Assembly: GCA_050250855.1 (NCBI GenBank)
Contig: JBFWNW010000002.1
Location: 192,001 to 256,000, forward strand
DNA from: Candidatus Babeliales bacterium
GTDB lineage: Bacteria; Babelota; Babeliae; Babelales; JACPOV01
DNA: 64,000 nt
Direction: 5' to 3'
Under the pieces are notes generated by a model, which searched no databases, was not told the origin of the DNA, and saw only the letters and a list, made by a program, of their open reading frames with translations. The position numbers and the translations under genes were made by a program. Below, in pieces: positions 45,716-56,473 of the stretch. Numbering within the stretch: the stretch's first letter is position 1; every line of letters starts with the position of its first letter.

Positions 45716-46708
45716 TTAAATCCAAGCTCGAATGCCTTTTTTAGGTTTCATTTCTGCAAGCAAGGTAGAAGGCTTGTAATCAGGAAAGCGCTCAGTAAGT
45801 TCATCAAGCTTTTTAGCAACAATTTTATCTTTACCTTGTTTTTGTGCAACCAAACCTTCGAGCTCAAGAAGCTTAGGCTCAATATCTTTCATAATAGGCA
45901 AGAATTCTTCTTTTATTGCTTCAAGACGTGTTTGCGCGGCAACAAAACGGTGCAAATTAATATATTGATTAAAAATATCCATTTCATAATCATAGAGATC
46001 TTTAAAGCATTGATCGCGCATAGAAGCAACATCATCGACGTGTTTTTTATCAATATCAGATCTGTTTAAATAGAGGTTTGCAAAGGTAATAGTTTTGCGC
46101 GTTTTACTTTGATCGTGCGGTGGACGTAAGCGTGCATAGAAGCGGCATAAAATGCCCTTATATTCAGCATAATCCCGTTGTTCACCAATAAGCCCTTTGT
46201 TGCCGCCAGGATAAAATTCTACATACTTTTGATAAAGCTTGCTTGCTTTTTTATATTCGGCTTTGTCAAAGTAAAGATCAGCTTGTTCAAGATGCAAGAG
46301 GCGTTGTAGCTCTTCATTAGTATTGAGCACAATCATGCGCTCAAGGTAGGTTATGGCCAGATCTTTATTGCCAACCGATTTTGAATAGTCTTTTACTTTT
46401 ATTAATTCATCAAGAGTTAAATCGCGGGTATTCTTTTTAAGAAGAGCTTCAATCTCAGCATCTTTGACAATAACAGGTTTTTTAGGGACGATTATTTTTT
46501 TAGGGACAAAGAGCTTAGGGTAACGAGGCTTTACTTTGCGGTTAAACTTGGTAGGTATTCTGAGCTCTTTTTTAACTTTATAACGAAAGGTTTTTGTGCT
46601 CGGTTCAGCAACAGGAGTGTCATCTGTTTTAATGTATGAACAAAATGATGCAAGTATGATTGATAGGGTAATATAAATACAGTAACGAACTATTTTCATG
46701 GTACGCAC
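45716..46708 (-). CDS. Outer-membrane assembly factor BamD/YfiO-like TPR protein
   Basis: Y...YPG, DQSKTR motif, helical repeats; N-terminal hydrophobic segment with Cys. Confidence 0.7.
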   Translation of the reverse strand: MRTMKIVRYCIYITLSIILASFCSYIKTDDTPVAEPSTKTFRYKVKKELRIPTKFNRKVKPRYPKLFVPKKIIVPKKPVIVKDAEIEALLKKNTRDLTLDELIKVKDYSKSVGNKDLAITYLERMIVLNTNEELQRLLHLEQADLYFDKAEYKKASKLYQKYVEFYPGGNKGLIGEQRDYAEYKGILCRFYARLRPPHDQSKTRKTITFANLYLNRSDIDKKHVDDVASMRDQCFKDLYDYEMDIFNQYINLHRFVAAQTRLEAIKEEFLPIMKDIEPKLLELEGLVAQKQGKDKIVAKKLDELTERFPDYKPSTLLAEMKPKKGIRAWI

Positions 46709-46841
46709 ATTTTCTTTTTAGTAGTAAGATGCTACATTATGAGTAAAAATTATTTTTCAAAATAGCATATCTTGTGCTCATTAGCAAATCATTCTGGACT
46801 CTAGAGCATAAGAACGGTATGGTAAAGGGGAGGAGATTTTT

Positions 46842-48551
46842 ATGATAAAACATGATATTGGCGAACTTTTAGTAGCTCAGCAGAAAATAACACATGAGCA
46901 GCTTCAAGAGTGTTATGCATATTGTAAGCAAACCGGTATTTCTTTAGCTGAGTGCTTGCGTGAGAAAAAATTAGTCTCAAATGAAGACATAGCACGCGCT
47001 TTTACTGAGCTTTTTTCATTGCTGTATATTGAAAAAATTACTGAAAAAATGGCGGATCCCGCCTTGCTTGCTAAAGTTCCCCTACGTTTTTTGCGCCAAA
47101 ATAGCATTATACCTATCATGCTTGAAGGTCGCATTACCCTCGTTACCACCAATCCTCGCGCTTTTCAGCCCCTTGATGAACTTAATATGCTGCTTGGCTC
47201 TGATACTGATACTGCTGTTTCAACACAAGAAGTTATTATTGATGCAATAAATCGTTACTATCCGCTTGAAGGGACCAAGCAGATGATCGAGGAGCTTGAA
47301 GAAGAAAAGGGAGCTCCAGAAACTATTGAACTTGCTGAGATTGAAGAAAAAGATATTTTAGCAATGGCAGCAGAGGCGCCAATTATTAAATTGGTGAATC
47401 ATATTTTGGTGCAAGCAGTAAAACGTGATGCCTCTGATATTCATATTGAACCGTATGAAAAAGAAGTACGCGTGCGTTATCGTATTGATGGTGTTATGTC
47501 TGAAGCGTTTAACCCGCCAAAACGTGTACAAGCGGCTCTTATTTCTCGTATCAAAATTATGGCAAATTTAAACATTGCAGAAAAACGTATTCCGCAAGAT
47601 GGTCGTATAGAAATTAAAGTTGCTGACAAAGCATTTGATATTCGTGTTTCTGTATTGCCAACCACCTTTGGTGAGCGGGTAGTAATGCGTCTTTTAGATA
47701 AAACAAAAGCATTTAAAGAGATTAAAAATTTAGGATTCAGTCCTCGCGATCTAAAGACAGTGGAACAAAATATTGCACGCCCTAACGGTATAATTTTTGT
47801 TTCAGGTCCTACCGGTTCTGGTAAAACATCTACGCTTTATTCCATTTTAGTGCAACTTAATAAACCAGATGTAAATATCGTAACGGTTGAAGATCCGGTT
47901 GAGTATCAAATGAAGGGCATCGGCCAAGTTCAGGTAAAAGAAAAAATAGGGCTTACCTTTGCAGCAGCATTACGTTCTATTTTGCGTCAAGACCCCGATA
48001 TTATTATGATTGGTGAAACGCGCGATCAAGAAACAGCACAAATTGCTATCCAAGCAGCACTTACCGGTCACTTGGTTTTAAGTACCATTCACACGAATAA
48101 TGCGCCTGCTACCATAACGCGTTTAATTGATATGGGTATAGAACCATTCTTAATTGCTTCATCAGTAGTATGTATCATTGCACAGCGTTTGATTCGTACC
48201 TTATGTCCTTTATGCAAACAAGTATATAAACCAACGCAAGAAGAATTAAGAAGCATTGGTATTACTCAAAGAGAAGCAGAAGGTATTACGTTCTATAAAG
48301 CAGTTGGTTGTCCTGAATGTGGCGGCACCGGTTATAAAGGCCGTATGGCAATTTTTGAAGTTATGGAAATGACGAATGATATCGCTAATCTTACTATGAG
48401 CAAAGCAGATGCTTCCGTTATAAGAAAACAGGCGTTAGCTGATGGCATGACGTTGTTAGTTGCTGATGGCTTACGTAAGATCAAAGAAGGTATTACCACT
48501 ATTTCTGAAGTTGCACGTGTTGCAGCGGTTGAGGAAGAAGAGTTTTCATGA
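46842..48551 (+). CDS. gspE: Type II secretion ATPase GspE/PilB family
   Basis: ASDIHIEP, GPTGSGKTS, TVEDPVEY, LRQDPDIIMIGE, TGHLVLSTIH, Zn-binding CxxC pairs. Confidence 0.93.
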   Translation: MIKHDIGELLVAQQKITHEQLQECYAYCKQTGISLAECLREKKLVSNEDIARAFTELFSLLYIEKITEKMADPALLAKVPLRFLRQNSIIPIMLEGRITLVTTNPRAFQPLDELNMLLGSDTDTAVSTQEVIIDAINRYYPLEGTKQMIEELEEEKGAPETIELAEIEEKDILAMAAEAPIIKLVNHILVQAVKRDASDIHIEPYEKEVRVRYRIDGVMSEAFNPPKRVQAALISRIKIMANLNIAEKRIPQDGRIEIKVADKAFDIRVSVLPTTFGERVVMRLLDKTKAFKEIKNLGFSPRDLKTVEQNIARPNGIIFVSGPTGSGKTSTLYSILVQLNKPDVNIVTVEDPVEYQMKGIGQVQVKEKIGLTFAAALRSILRQDPDIIMIGETRDQETAQIAIQAALTGHLVLSTIHTNNAPATITRLIDMGIEPFLIASSVVCIIAQRLIRTLCPLCKQVYKPTQEELRSIGITQREAEGITFYKAVGCPECGGTGYKGRMAIFEVMEMTNDIANLTMSKADASVIRKQALADGMTLLVADGLRKIKEGITTISEVARVAAVEEEEFS

Positions 48552-49057
48552 TGCGCTCTCAGGAGCAAGGATCATTATTACTTAACATAGCACTGGTGCT
48601 CAGTATACTTCTTGTGCTCATGAGTATAGCAATTCCTCGGTTGCCTTTTATGCAACGTATGGTACTTCGTTTAGAGCTTGAAAAGATGCACAGCTTTTTT
48701 CATTATATGCAGCAACGTGCACTTGCTTTACATGAAGATCTTACTATTACTTTTGATCCCATTCATAATAGGTATTATGCTGATACGTATAAAGAATCGT
48801 TAGCGCCCGGTGTTCAATTTGGCGTACTTTTAGGGTCTTCAGGTCCTCCTTCAAAACCTTCTGGCCAAATTCTTTCTCCTATTACGTTTAAAAATAATAA
48901 AGCTGTTTTTTATAAAGATGGCACGATTGCAGCGGGTACCGTGTATATAACTGATCATAGTAAACATTATTTATATGCACTCAGTAGCCCTGTTTCACAA
49001 ATTTCTTATTTGCGTATGTATTCTTATGCTCGCAATCGCTGGATTCCTCTGCAATGA
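48548..49057 (+). CDS. Atypical pseudopilin/FimT-like protein
   Basis: QG|SLLLNIALVLSILLVL hydrophobic helix; FYKDGTIAAGTVYI; overlaps both neighbours by 4 bp. Confidence 0.6.
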   Translation: MMRSQEQGSLLLNIALVLSILLVLMSIAIPRLPFMQRMVLRLELEKMHSFFHYMQQRALALHEDLTITFDPIHNRYYADTYKESLAPGVQFGVLLGSSGPPSKPSGQILSPITFKNNKAVFYKDGTIAAGTVYITDHSKHYLYALSSPVSQISYLRMYSYARNRWIPLQ

Positions 49058-51747
49058 GATTACTGATAAAAATGTCGGCAGCTCTTCTGATAGGCCTAGG
49101 CCTTACCCTTGCTATTTTGCAGCATGAGGAAAGTTTTAAGCAGGCTTTTCATGGACGTTTGAAAAATCTTTTTGAAGCAACCTTTAATTGTGAAGTTTCT
49201 TATGAACTTGCATCGATTAATTTTTTTTCAGGGCGCTTAGTTGCGCATCATGTTTTTGTGAAAGCTCTTGATAAGAAATGGTCTTGGCATGCAGATACGT
49301 TTACCTTATCACTCGCGCCAAGTTTATTATTTATAGCAGGAAAATGTGGCCTTGATGTAGTGATTGAAAACATGCAGGCAGAATCTTTAATGGATAATGG
49401 AATTCCTGCCATTTATGAACATATAGTAAGTTTTATCTATGGTGCTACTGATATTCCTTTTACGCTCAAGCGCTTAATGATTCGGCGAGGAAGTCTTGCC
49501 ATAACCGATGCAGCACATTTTTTAAAAGGAGAGTTTAATTTTTCAAGTGAAATTGTCATGCAGCTTCATCGAATTCTTTCATCATTTTATTTGACGCATG
49601 CACATGTTTCATTATGGGATATTCCTTGCTTGCAGGGCGCTCATGTACGCATGAGTTTAGAAAAAGTAGGCAATAAAGCATTGAGTATTACTGCGCAAGG
49701 AAAACTGACGCTTGATAAAGATTTGCAGGATGAGGCAGATTGTTACCTTTCTGCAAACTATGATGGAAGGCAGGGTTGGGTGTATTGTAACAATAAAGAT
49801 AATTCATTACAGCAGCAAATTAGAATTCATCCTGATAGTTGGTGTAGTATAGAAGGTATTTTTCCCGTGGCGTTATTTAATAAATTTTTCTTTGTATCAT
49901 TTCACGATCTTTCTGGTGTAGGTAAAAATTCCCTTAAATTTTTTTATCATGATGATTATAAAATGCAGGGCATGCTAGTGCTTGATAATGCGTATTATAA
50001 AGGTATTCCATTGGGTACGATACGGAGCTTTTTAAATAAAGATAATGCGTTGTGGGATGGTACGCTTTTATTTGATCATGATGCATGGGGAGCATTACAA
50101 GGAGCTTGGCATTGGCATGAAGAAAAGCATGAAGGTGAAATTTTTTTAAAAAATTCAAAAACATTACAATCGCCCCTTACCTATTTTACGATCAATCCCG
50201 GCAATGTTGATATCCGCTGTTCATACACTAAAGATACGATACTTGGTCGCTATGCTCTTGTTGCGCATCACAGAATTTTGCAAACTATGCTCCAAACAGG
50301 AGGAACGTTTGCGCTAGCAGATGATGCAATTGTTGCAAAAGGTATATTTGATAAAGATTCTTATAGCCTTGTTGGTCGTTTTAATCCTTCGCTAATGCTT
50401 ACGCATTTTATGTACCAGGATAGCGATAAAAATACGCTTTTTAGTGTGGCATCTAATCCGCACGCTTGTAATGAACTGCAGGCATTTTTAGATTATCGAT
50501 GCATACAGAGAATATTAAAAGAAATATATAATATTGAAATGAGAGGGCAGGGGCATCTTGCTGTTCATGGAACGCTCAAGGATGACTTGTTAGTTACTGG
50601 CTCTCTTTCATTACATGACGGGCACATTCAGGTTCCTTATACGTATAATTTTATACAAAATTTAGAAGGATCTTTTAATCTTGATATTAAACAGAAATCT
50701 CTGTGGTTGCATGATTTGTTATTAAAATTACACAAAGGAGCTATTGCAGCGCCACGAGCTACTTTTTGTTGGGATGAATATAAAGAATCTTTTTTCATGC
50801 ATATGCCGCTTTTTTTTGAAAAGTTATTTTTAAATATGCAAAAAGATATATTCACTGAATGTTCTGGTGCCGTAAGGGTGCACAAAGAAGAACAAGAAAA
50901 AATTATACTTAAGGGAGGAATATCGTTAGATGGTGGTGAATGTAAAAAAAATATTTTTTCATCAGCATTACAAAAAAATAGTATTCCTGCTTTATATGGT
51001 AGTGGCAAATTAGGTATAGAATGTGATTTGTATATAAAAAGTAAAAAACCATTACGCATACAAACCTCTTTTTTAAATACTGATATTGCACTTGATATAG
51101 CTATAAAAGAAAAATTGTATAATCCATCTTTTACTGGTACTATTACGCTTCAAGGAGGATCACTTTTGTTTCCCTATCGCCCCTTGCATATTACGCGTGG
51201 CTTGATTTATTTTCTGCCTCATCAACTCGATGATCCTGTTATTGAGCTGATTGCAAAAGGAAAAGTTAAAAAATATCACGTTACGTTGCGTACGAGTGGT
51301 TCATTGCGCAAACCGCATATTAGCTTGGAATCAACACCTCCTTTAACAGAAGAACAAATCTTAACATTACTACTTGCAGGCTCAGAAGAAGGATCAGTAG
51401 CGCTGGTTATGCCAACGGTTATTATGCAAAATATGGAGCAACTTCTTTTTGGTCCTGAACAATCATATTCAAAGCTTGAGACCTATTTTAAAAATCTATT
51501 GGGGCCACTAAAACATGTACGCTTTGTTCCTACTTTTTTTGATCAAACAGCACGAGGTGGCTTTAGAGGAACTATTTTAGTTGATGTTTCTGAACGTCTT
51601 CATGGTTTAATTCAAAAGAATTTTAGCTTGCCAGAAGATACTAAAATAGAGATAGAATATCTTCTATCTGATGATGTCACTTTGCGTGCATTAAAAGATC
51701 AGCGTGGAGACGTTGGTGGCGAAGTTGAAATGCGGTGGAAATTTTAG
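49054..51747 (+). CDS. TamB/AsmA-like protein (translocation and assembly module)
   Basis: N-terminal anchor, beta-rich body, GSLRKPHISLESTPPLTEEQILTLLLAG (DUF490-like), terminal EMRWKF. Confidence 0.75.
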   Translation: MRLLIKMSAALLIGLGLTLAILQHEESFKQAFHGRLKNLFEATFNCEVSYELASINFFSGRLVAHHVFVKALDKKWSWHADTFTLSLAPSLLFIAGKCGLDVVIENMQAESLMDNGIPAIYEHIVSFIYGATDIPFTLKRLMIRRGSLAITDAAHFLKGEFNFSSEIVMQLHRILSSFYLTHAHVSLWDIPCLQGAHVRMSLEKVGNKALSITAQGKLTLDKDLQDEADCYLSANYDGRQGWVYCNNKDNSLQQQIRIHPDSWCSIEGIFPVALFNKFFFVSFHDLSGVGKNSLKFFYHDDYKMQGMLVLDNAYYKGIPLGTIRSFLNKDNALWDGTLLFDHDAWGALQGAWHWHEEKHEGEIFLKNSKTLQSPLTYFTINPGNVDIRCSYTKDTILGRYALVAHHRILQTMLQTGGTFALADDAIVAKGIFDKDSYSLVGRFNPSLMLTHFMYQDSDKNTLFSVASNPHACNELQAFLDYRCIQRILKEIYNIEMRGQGHLAVHGTLKDDLLVTGSLSLHDGHIQVPYTYNFIQNLEGSFNLDIKQKSLWLHDLLLKLHKGAIAAPRATFCWDEYKESFFMHMPLFFEKLFLNMQKDIFTECSGAVRVHKEEQEKIILKGGISLDGGECKKNIFSSALQKNSIPALYGSGKLGIECDLYIKSKKPLRIQTSFLNTDIALDIAIKEKLYNPSFTGTITLQGGSLLFPYRPLHITRGLIYFLPHQLDDPVIELIAKGKVKKYHVTLRTSGSLRKPHISLESTPPLTEEQILTLLLAGSEEGSVALVMPTVIMQNMEQLLFGPEQSYSKLETYFKNLLGPLKHVRFVPTFFDQTARGGFRGTILVDVSERLHGLIQKNFSLPEDTKIEIEYLLSDDVTLRALKDQRGDVGGEVEMRWKF

Positions 51748-51786
51748 TATGGTGATGAAAATATTTTTTATAAAAAAGTAAGTAGC

Positions 51787-52476
51787 ATGAAGATATATAC
51801 AAAAATAATTTTTCTTTCTTTTCTTTTTTTTACCTCTCTTCAAGCGAATTTTTTTGCTGATTCTATTCTCTATGCGCAGAGAATTTTAACAAAACCATCT
51901 TCACGCAAAATTTTTAAATCTTTATTTGTCCCGTACAAAGAGCCTGATGCAAAAAAAGTTTTATGTGGTCTTATTGATAATGAAAAAAAATCTATCTCTT
52001 TTGCGCAATATGTTTTAAGTGATAAAGAAATTACTGAGGCTTTATCTCAAGCTCATGCGCGAGGCGTAAAGATACAGGGAATCGTTGATCATTCGGCATT
52101 GCATCATGGTAATGAAAAAGTGACTGATTTGGTGCAGCAGGGTATTGATATTCTTGTTTATAAAAAGCCGTATTCAATTATGCATAATAAATATTATGTT
52201 TTTGAAGAAAATTTTTTTGGAAAACCAGTCGTTTTTATGGGTTCTGCTAATGCTAGTTTTTCTGGTTTTAGAAAAAATAAAGAAAGCATCATGGTATTTA
52301 ACAACAAAGCATGTTGCCAAACGTATAAAAAAGAGTTTAGAGCCTTGCAAAAAGAAGTACAAGCACAAAAAATGTATAGCACTCAGAAACAAAGAGAACA
52401 GCAAACAGCATTTTATATGCTTTTAAAAACTTTTAGGGAATTCAAGCGGCTTATATTTTTAGGAAATTTGTTATAA
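51787..52476 (+). CDS. Secreted phospholipase D-like / Nuc-type nuclease domain protein
   Basis: Signal peptide; AHARGVKI, MHNKYYVFE, GSAN, NKE. Confidence 0.82.
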   Translation: MKIYTKIIFLSFLFFTSLQANFFADSILYAQRILTKPSSRKIFKSLFVPYKEPDAKKVLCGLIDNEKKSISFAQYVLSDKEITEALSQAHARGVKIQGIVDHSALHHGNEKVTDLVQQGIDILVYKKPYSIMHNKYYVFEENFFGKPVVFMGSANASFSGFRKNKESIMVFNNKACCQTYKKEFRALQKEVQAQKMYSTQKQREQQTAFYMLLKTFREFKRLIFLGNLL

Positions 52477-52600
52477 AAAAGAGACGAAAGTGGTCAAAAG
52501 AAGCTTCTTTTTTTATTGAAGGCTTCATTACTACAATTCCTTCTTAGCTGGCATCATCGTATGCCGCTTTTTAAAAAAAAGCAAGAAAATTTTATGCGCT

Positions 52601-53557
52601 TTATTTTTCTTCTAAAAGAGGGAGTTTTTTTAAAAGATGATCTATATCTTCAGGAAGTGCTGACTTAAATGAGTATGCTGTACCATCAAAAGTAAAGTTC
52701 AATTGTGCAGCATGAAGAGCTTGACGTTTAATATGAGCCGATTCTTTACCATAGGTTCCATCACCAAGAAGGGGATGACCGAGCGTTTTAAAATGTACAC
52801 GGATTTGATGGGTGCGTCCTGTCAAAATAGTTACTTCTACCAAGGCAGCATTTTCAAAATAAGTAATTACTTTATATTTTGTTTGTGCTGACCGTGCTTG
52901 AATACCATTAACCGTCATTTGATTGCGTATATGAGGATTTCGGCCGACAGGAAGATCAATAAGACCTTCTTTGTCAGGATGTCCATGCACGACAGCCAAA
53001 TATGTTTTTTGAATGCTACGTTCTTTAAAAAGCTTAGTAAAATACTGATGAGCATAATTAGTGCGAGCAATAATAATAATTCCTGAAGTATCCTTATCAA
53101 GGCGATGCACAATGCCTGGCCTTTCAGGACTACCAACTTCAGAAAGTTTTTGATCATTATGCATAAGCCAATCAATTAAGGTCATAGCTTTTTTGTTTGG
53201 TGAGGTGCGATGTACTAATAAACCAGCAGGTTTTTCAAGAATAAAAAAGTGCTTATCTTCATGCATAACATTCACCTTAAGATCTGCAAGAAGTTGACGT
53301 TCTTCTGGCAAGAAATCTTGAGCATACAGAGGTTCTTGGTTTGGAATTGTAAGCGCAATAAGGTCGCCCTTCTTTAAAGAGCAGCTTGATTTTACCTGTT
53401 TGCCATTGACCGTAACCTGATGTTGGCTGATCAGTTTTTGGACAAAAGAACGAGAATACTCAGGCAGCTTATCACTGATAAAGTGATCAAGGCGGCCAGT
53501 ATTGGCTTCCTGTTGTACCTGAAATGTATGGGTGATCGGTGAAAAAATACGCTCCAT
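52601..53557 (-). CDS. rluD: RluA-family pseudouridine synthase with S4 domain (RluD-like)
   Basis: RLDHF S4 domain, HRLDKDTSG, TGRTHQIRVH, RQALHA. Confidence 0.88.
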   Translation of the reverse strand: MERIFSPITHTFQVQQEANTGRLDHFISDKLPEYSRSFVQKLISQHQVTVNGKQVKSSCSLKKGDLIALTIPNQEPLYAQDFLPEERQLLADLKVNVMHEDKHFFILEKPAGLLVHRTSPNKKAMTLIDWLMHNDQKLSEVGSPERPGIVHRLDKDTSGIIIIARTNYAHQYFTKLFKERSIQKTYLAVVHGHPDKEGLIDLPVGRNPHIRNQMTVNGIQARSAQTKYKVITYFENAALVEVTILTGRTHQIRVHFKTLGHPLLGDGTYGKESAHIKRQALHAAQLNFTFDGTAYSFKSALPEDIDHLLKKLPLLEEK

Positions 53558-53746
53558 TTTATTCCTTTGCTCTCTGCTATTAGCTGTTTTACCTGAAAAA
53601 TTTTATAAAAAATAATAGGTATAATTAAAGGGTAAAAGAAATATTATTAAAGTCAAATGGACAAGCAAGATTTGATGCGTTATGCTGAGCAAATAAGGGT
53701 ATTTTTCAGGTGTAACGGGTAATTACTTTTGGCAAGGAGTAGGGGT

Positions 53747-55120
53747 ATGTCTACTGAGAAAAAAGAAAAAAAAGCTATTATTGCGGAATTAGCAGCGTCA
53801 GTTAATCTTTTGGTTTCTCATGACACACCAGAAGGAGTTCTTGTATGGGAGCAGCTTATTGACCTTCATCCTGCCGATATTGCTGATTTTTTCTCTTTGA
53901 TCGATCATGATGAAATTAAAAGTATTTTTATACAATTTACTCCCGACTTACAGCTAGAAGTTTTTAGTCATGTATCAGATTCCATGAAGGTCTTTTTGCT
54001 TTCTTGTCTTGATGATGTGCATAAAGCTTCATTACTTGCCAAAACTCCCATTGATGAATTGACCGATTTATTTGATTCGCTTTCCGATCAAGAACTCAAA
54101 AAATACCTTATTCTTTTAAGTACGCAGGATCGCCAAAAGGTTCTTTCTTTAATGAAATTTGATCCAGAATCTGCCGGTGGTATCATGGATACCGATGTAC
54201 TTACTTTTTTGCAAAGTTTTACGGTGGAAAAAAGTATTCAAATTTTACAGCGCTTACAGCCGCGTCGTGAGCTCCATCAACAAATGTATGTTACCGATCA
54301 AGATAATATTTTAGTTGGTTATATTAATTTAGAAGATTTAGTATTGCAATCACCAAAAGAGCGCTTATCAAATTTCTTGCATGAAGTAGAGCTTATTGTT
54401 GACGTACAAGAAGATCGTGAAGAAGTAGCAAAAAAGATGGTGCACTATGAACTTATGACAGCGCCCGTTGTTGGTGAAAATAACTATTTCTTGGGTGTTA
54501 TTTCAAGTGATATTTTGGTTGAGGTTTTGGTAGAAGAAGCGGGGGAAGACGTTACCCGCATGGCTTCATTGCCTACCATTAAAGAGCCCTATTTTGAACT
54601 TTCTTTTGCAAAACTTCTTTATTTACGCGGTTATGTTTTGTTGGCGCTTTTAATAGCCGAATCTTTTTCTGGTAATATTATTCGTGCGTATGAAGCAACA
54701 ATGACCGGTATTCTAATTTCATTTATTCCTATGCTCACAAGCGCTGGCGGTAACACCGGTAGCCAAACATCTGCGGTTGTTATTCAAGGTATGGCTTCAG
54801 GAGAAATTGGTTTTTTTAATATGGCTCGTTTTTTGCGCCGTGAATTTTATGTTTCATTAACTATTGCACTTATCATGGCAGTTTATTCATTTGCGCGCAG
54901 TTATTCCGTTGGCGGTACCGTGCCGGAGAGTTTGGCAATTTGCAGTGCACTTGGTGCTATTGTATTTATTTCTGCAATGCTTGGTAGCGTTATTCCTTTT
55001 GTATTGCGCAGATTTAATATAGACCCTGCATTTTCAGCAGGGCCTTTTTTGGCAACATTAATGGATATTCTTGGGATTGTCATCTACTGTTATATTAGCA
55101 AACTTATTCTTTTTTCTTAG
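53747..55120 (+). CDS. mgtE: Magnesium transporter MgtE
   Basis: LHPADIA, SAGGIM, CBS pair, GGNTGSQ, DPAFSAGPFLATLMD. Confidence 0.93.
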   Translation: MSTEKKEKKAIIAELAASVNLLVSHDTPEGVLVWEQLIDLHPADIADFFSLIDHDEIKSIFIQFTPDLQLEVFSHVSDSMKVFLLSCLDDVHKASLLAKTPIDELTDLFDSLSDQELKKYLILLSTQDRQKVLSLMKFDPESAGGIMDTDVLTFLQSFTVEKSIQILQRLQPRRELHQQMYVTDQDNILVGYINLEDLVLQSPKERLSNFLHEVELIVDVQEDREEVAKKMVHYELMTAPVVGENNYFLGVISSDILVEVLVEEAGEDVTRMASLPTIKEPYFELSFAKLLYLRGYVLLALLIAESFSGNIIRAYEATMTGILISFIPMLTSAGGNTGSQTSAVVIQGMASGEIGFFNMARFLRREFYVSLTIALIMAVYSFARSYSVGGTVPESLAICSALGAIVFISAMLGSVIPFVLRRFNIDPAFSAGPFLATLMDILGIVIYCYISKLILFS

Positions 55121-55757
55121 CGGTAGGTAATGAGTCCAGTAAAGAGCGAGTTTTTTCAGGGTGATCTTGTCGAATGGCATTGATTAATTCTTGATGAGCT
55201 TTTTCATACATTTTCCATGCAAAATTACCCCCGCTGATTATTTGAATCGATTTTTTATATTCATTTTTATCTGTAGTTGCTTTTTCTATGAATGGAATTT
55301 GTTGCGCAATCTCTATAAGTTTAGTTGGATTAAATATAATAGGTTTTGGTGAGCTTTGCTCTTGTTGCCCTTTTTTTATTAAGCTGAGTGAAAAAGAGAA
55401 GAATTCATTTTCTGTTGGTGCAAATAAAAGATCGGTAACAAAAGTAGCAGTTTGGGGTTGTGTATTTTCAGGAAAAGAGTTTGAAATATCAGTAACTTCT
55501 TTATCGATTTCTCTTAATTTTTGACATGTATGTTGATAAAGATCTTGAATGATTTGCGATTGATCTTTAAGCGAAGATTTGTGTTTCTCATTATTATAAA
55601 AAATTCTACTGAAAGCTGCACGTTTTTCACTATTAATAAGCAAATAAATTACTGTCGGTTCTTCATTTTCCTCACAAAACCTTGCTTTTTTTTCTTCCAT
55701 AGCAAAATTATTGATGATACATGTTACATTAAAAATAAGGAAAAAAGTTTTTTTCAC
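55104..55757 (-). CDS. Secreted hypothetical protein
   Basis: Probable GTG start 55757; signal followed by AMEEK; paralogous to next gene. Confidence 0.65.
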   Translation of the reverse strand: MKKTFFLIFNVTCIINNFAMEEKKARFCEENEEPTVIYLLINSEKRAAFSRIFYNNEKHKSSLKDQSQIIQDLYQHTCQKLREIDKEVTDISNSFPENTQPQTATFVTDLLFAPTENEFFSFSLSLIKKGQQEQSSPKPIIFNPTKLIEIAQQIPFIEKATTDKNEYKKSIQIISGGNFAWKMYEKAHQELINAIRQDHPEKTRSLLDSLPTAKKKE

Positions 55758-55818
55758 AGAAGTTTCCTTGATGTACTGTTGCATTGCGTATGAGTATAGC
55801 AATGTTCAAGTGAGAGGT

Positions 55819-56307
55819 CTATTTTATATGGCTTTCAAACTCTTCTTGGGTAAATATTTTTTCAATATACGGAATTTGTAAAATTACTTTTTCTATGCTG
55901 GATTTATCAAGTTTTTCTTCAGATTCATGTGTTCCAAACTTTAATTGAAATGAATGCCAATGGAGGATGCTTAAGGATAGTTTTAAATATTCTTGTTCAT
56001 TATGAATCATGTATTCTCGGGCTAATACACCAAAATAAGTTCCCCATTTTGATTTTTCATTAAATTGAGCTATAAGTTCTTTGTTATAAGAAGCTAGATT
56101 CTTAAGGGCATCATTGCATGTTTCTAAGAATTTTTGGTCTTCTTGATCTGATAAGGTTAAATCAAAAAGGGATAGTTTTTGATAGCGAGTATACTGCTCA
56201 TTGAGTTTGCAATAAATATGTATAGAATTTTGTTGTTTTTCTTCCATGCTTATTATGGGATGGAAGAGAGATAAAAAGAAGAAGGGCAGGGATTTTAGAA
56301 GTTTCAT
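55819..56307 (-). CDS. Secreted hypothetical protein, paralog of 55104-55757
   Basis: Signal followed by SMEEK; shared xSLS and QIP(Y/F)IEK motifs. Confidence 0.7.
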   Translation of the reverse strand: MKLLKSLPFFFLSLFHPIISMEEKQQNSIHIYCKLNEQYTRYQKLSLFDLTLSDQEDQKFLETCNDALKNLASYNKELIAQFNEKSKWGTYFGVLAREYMIHNEQEYLKLSLSILHWHSFQLKFGTHESEEKLDKSSIEKVILQIPYIEKIFTQEEFESHIK

Positions 56308-56423
56308 AGTAGTTCCTTATCTTAGAGGTTTTTATTATAGTAGGAGAGAACCGGGGCATATGCAAGAGGTTGTAATAATTTTTGCCTAGATACATTATTT
56401 TTTTATTTTTTTGAGGCTTTTTC

Positions 56424-56452
56424 TTGACAAGAAAGCTCTGAATTTATACCAT
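56424..56452 (+). promoter_or_regulatory. Sigma70 promoter for tRNA-Lys
   Basis: TTGACA-17 bp-TACCAT about 20 bp upstream of the tRNA. Confidence 0.75.
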
Positions 56453-56473
56453 TATAACATCTTTTGAAAGAAA

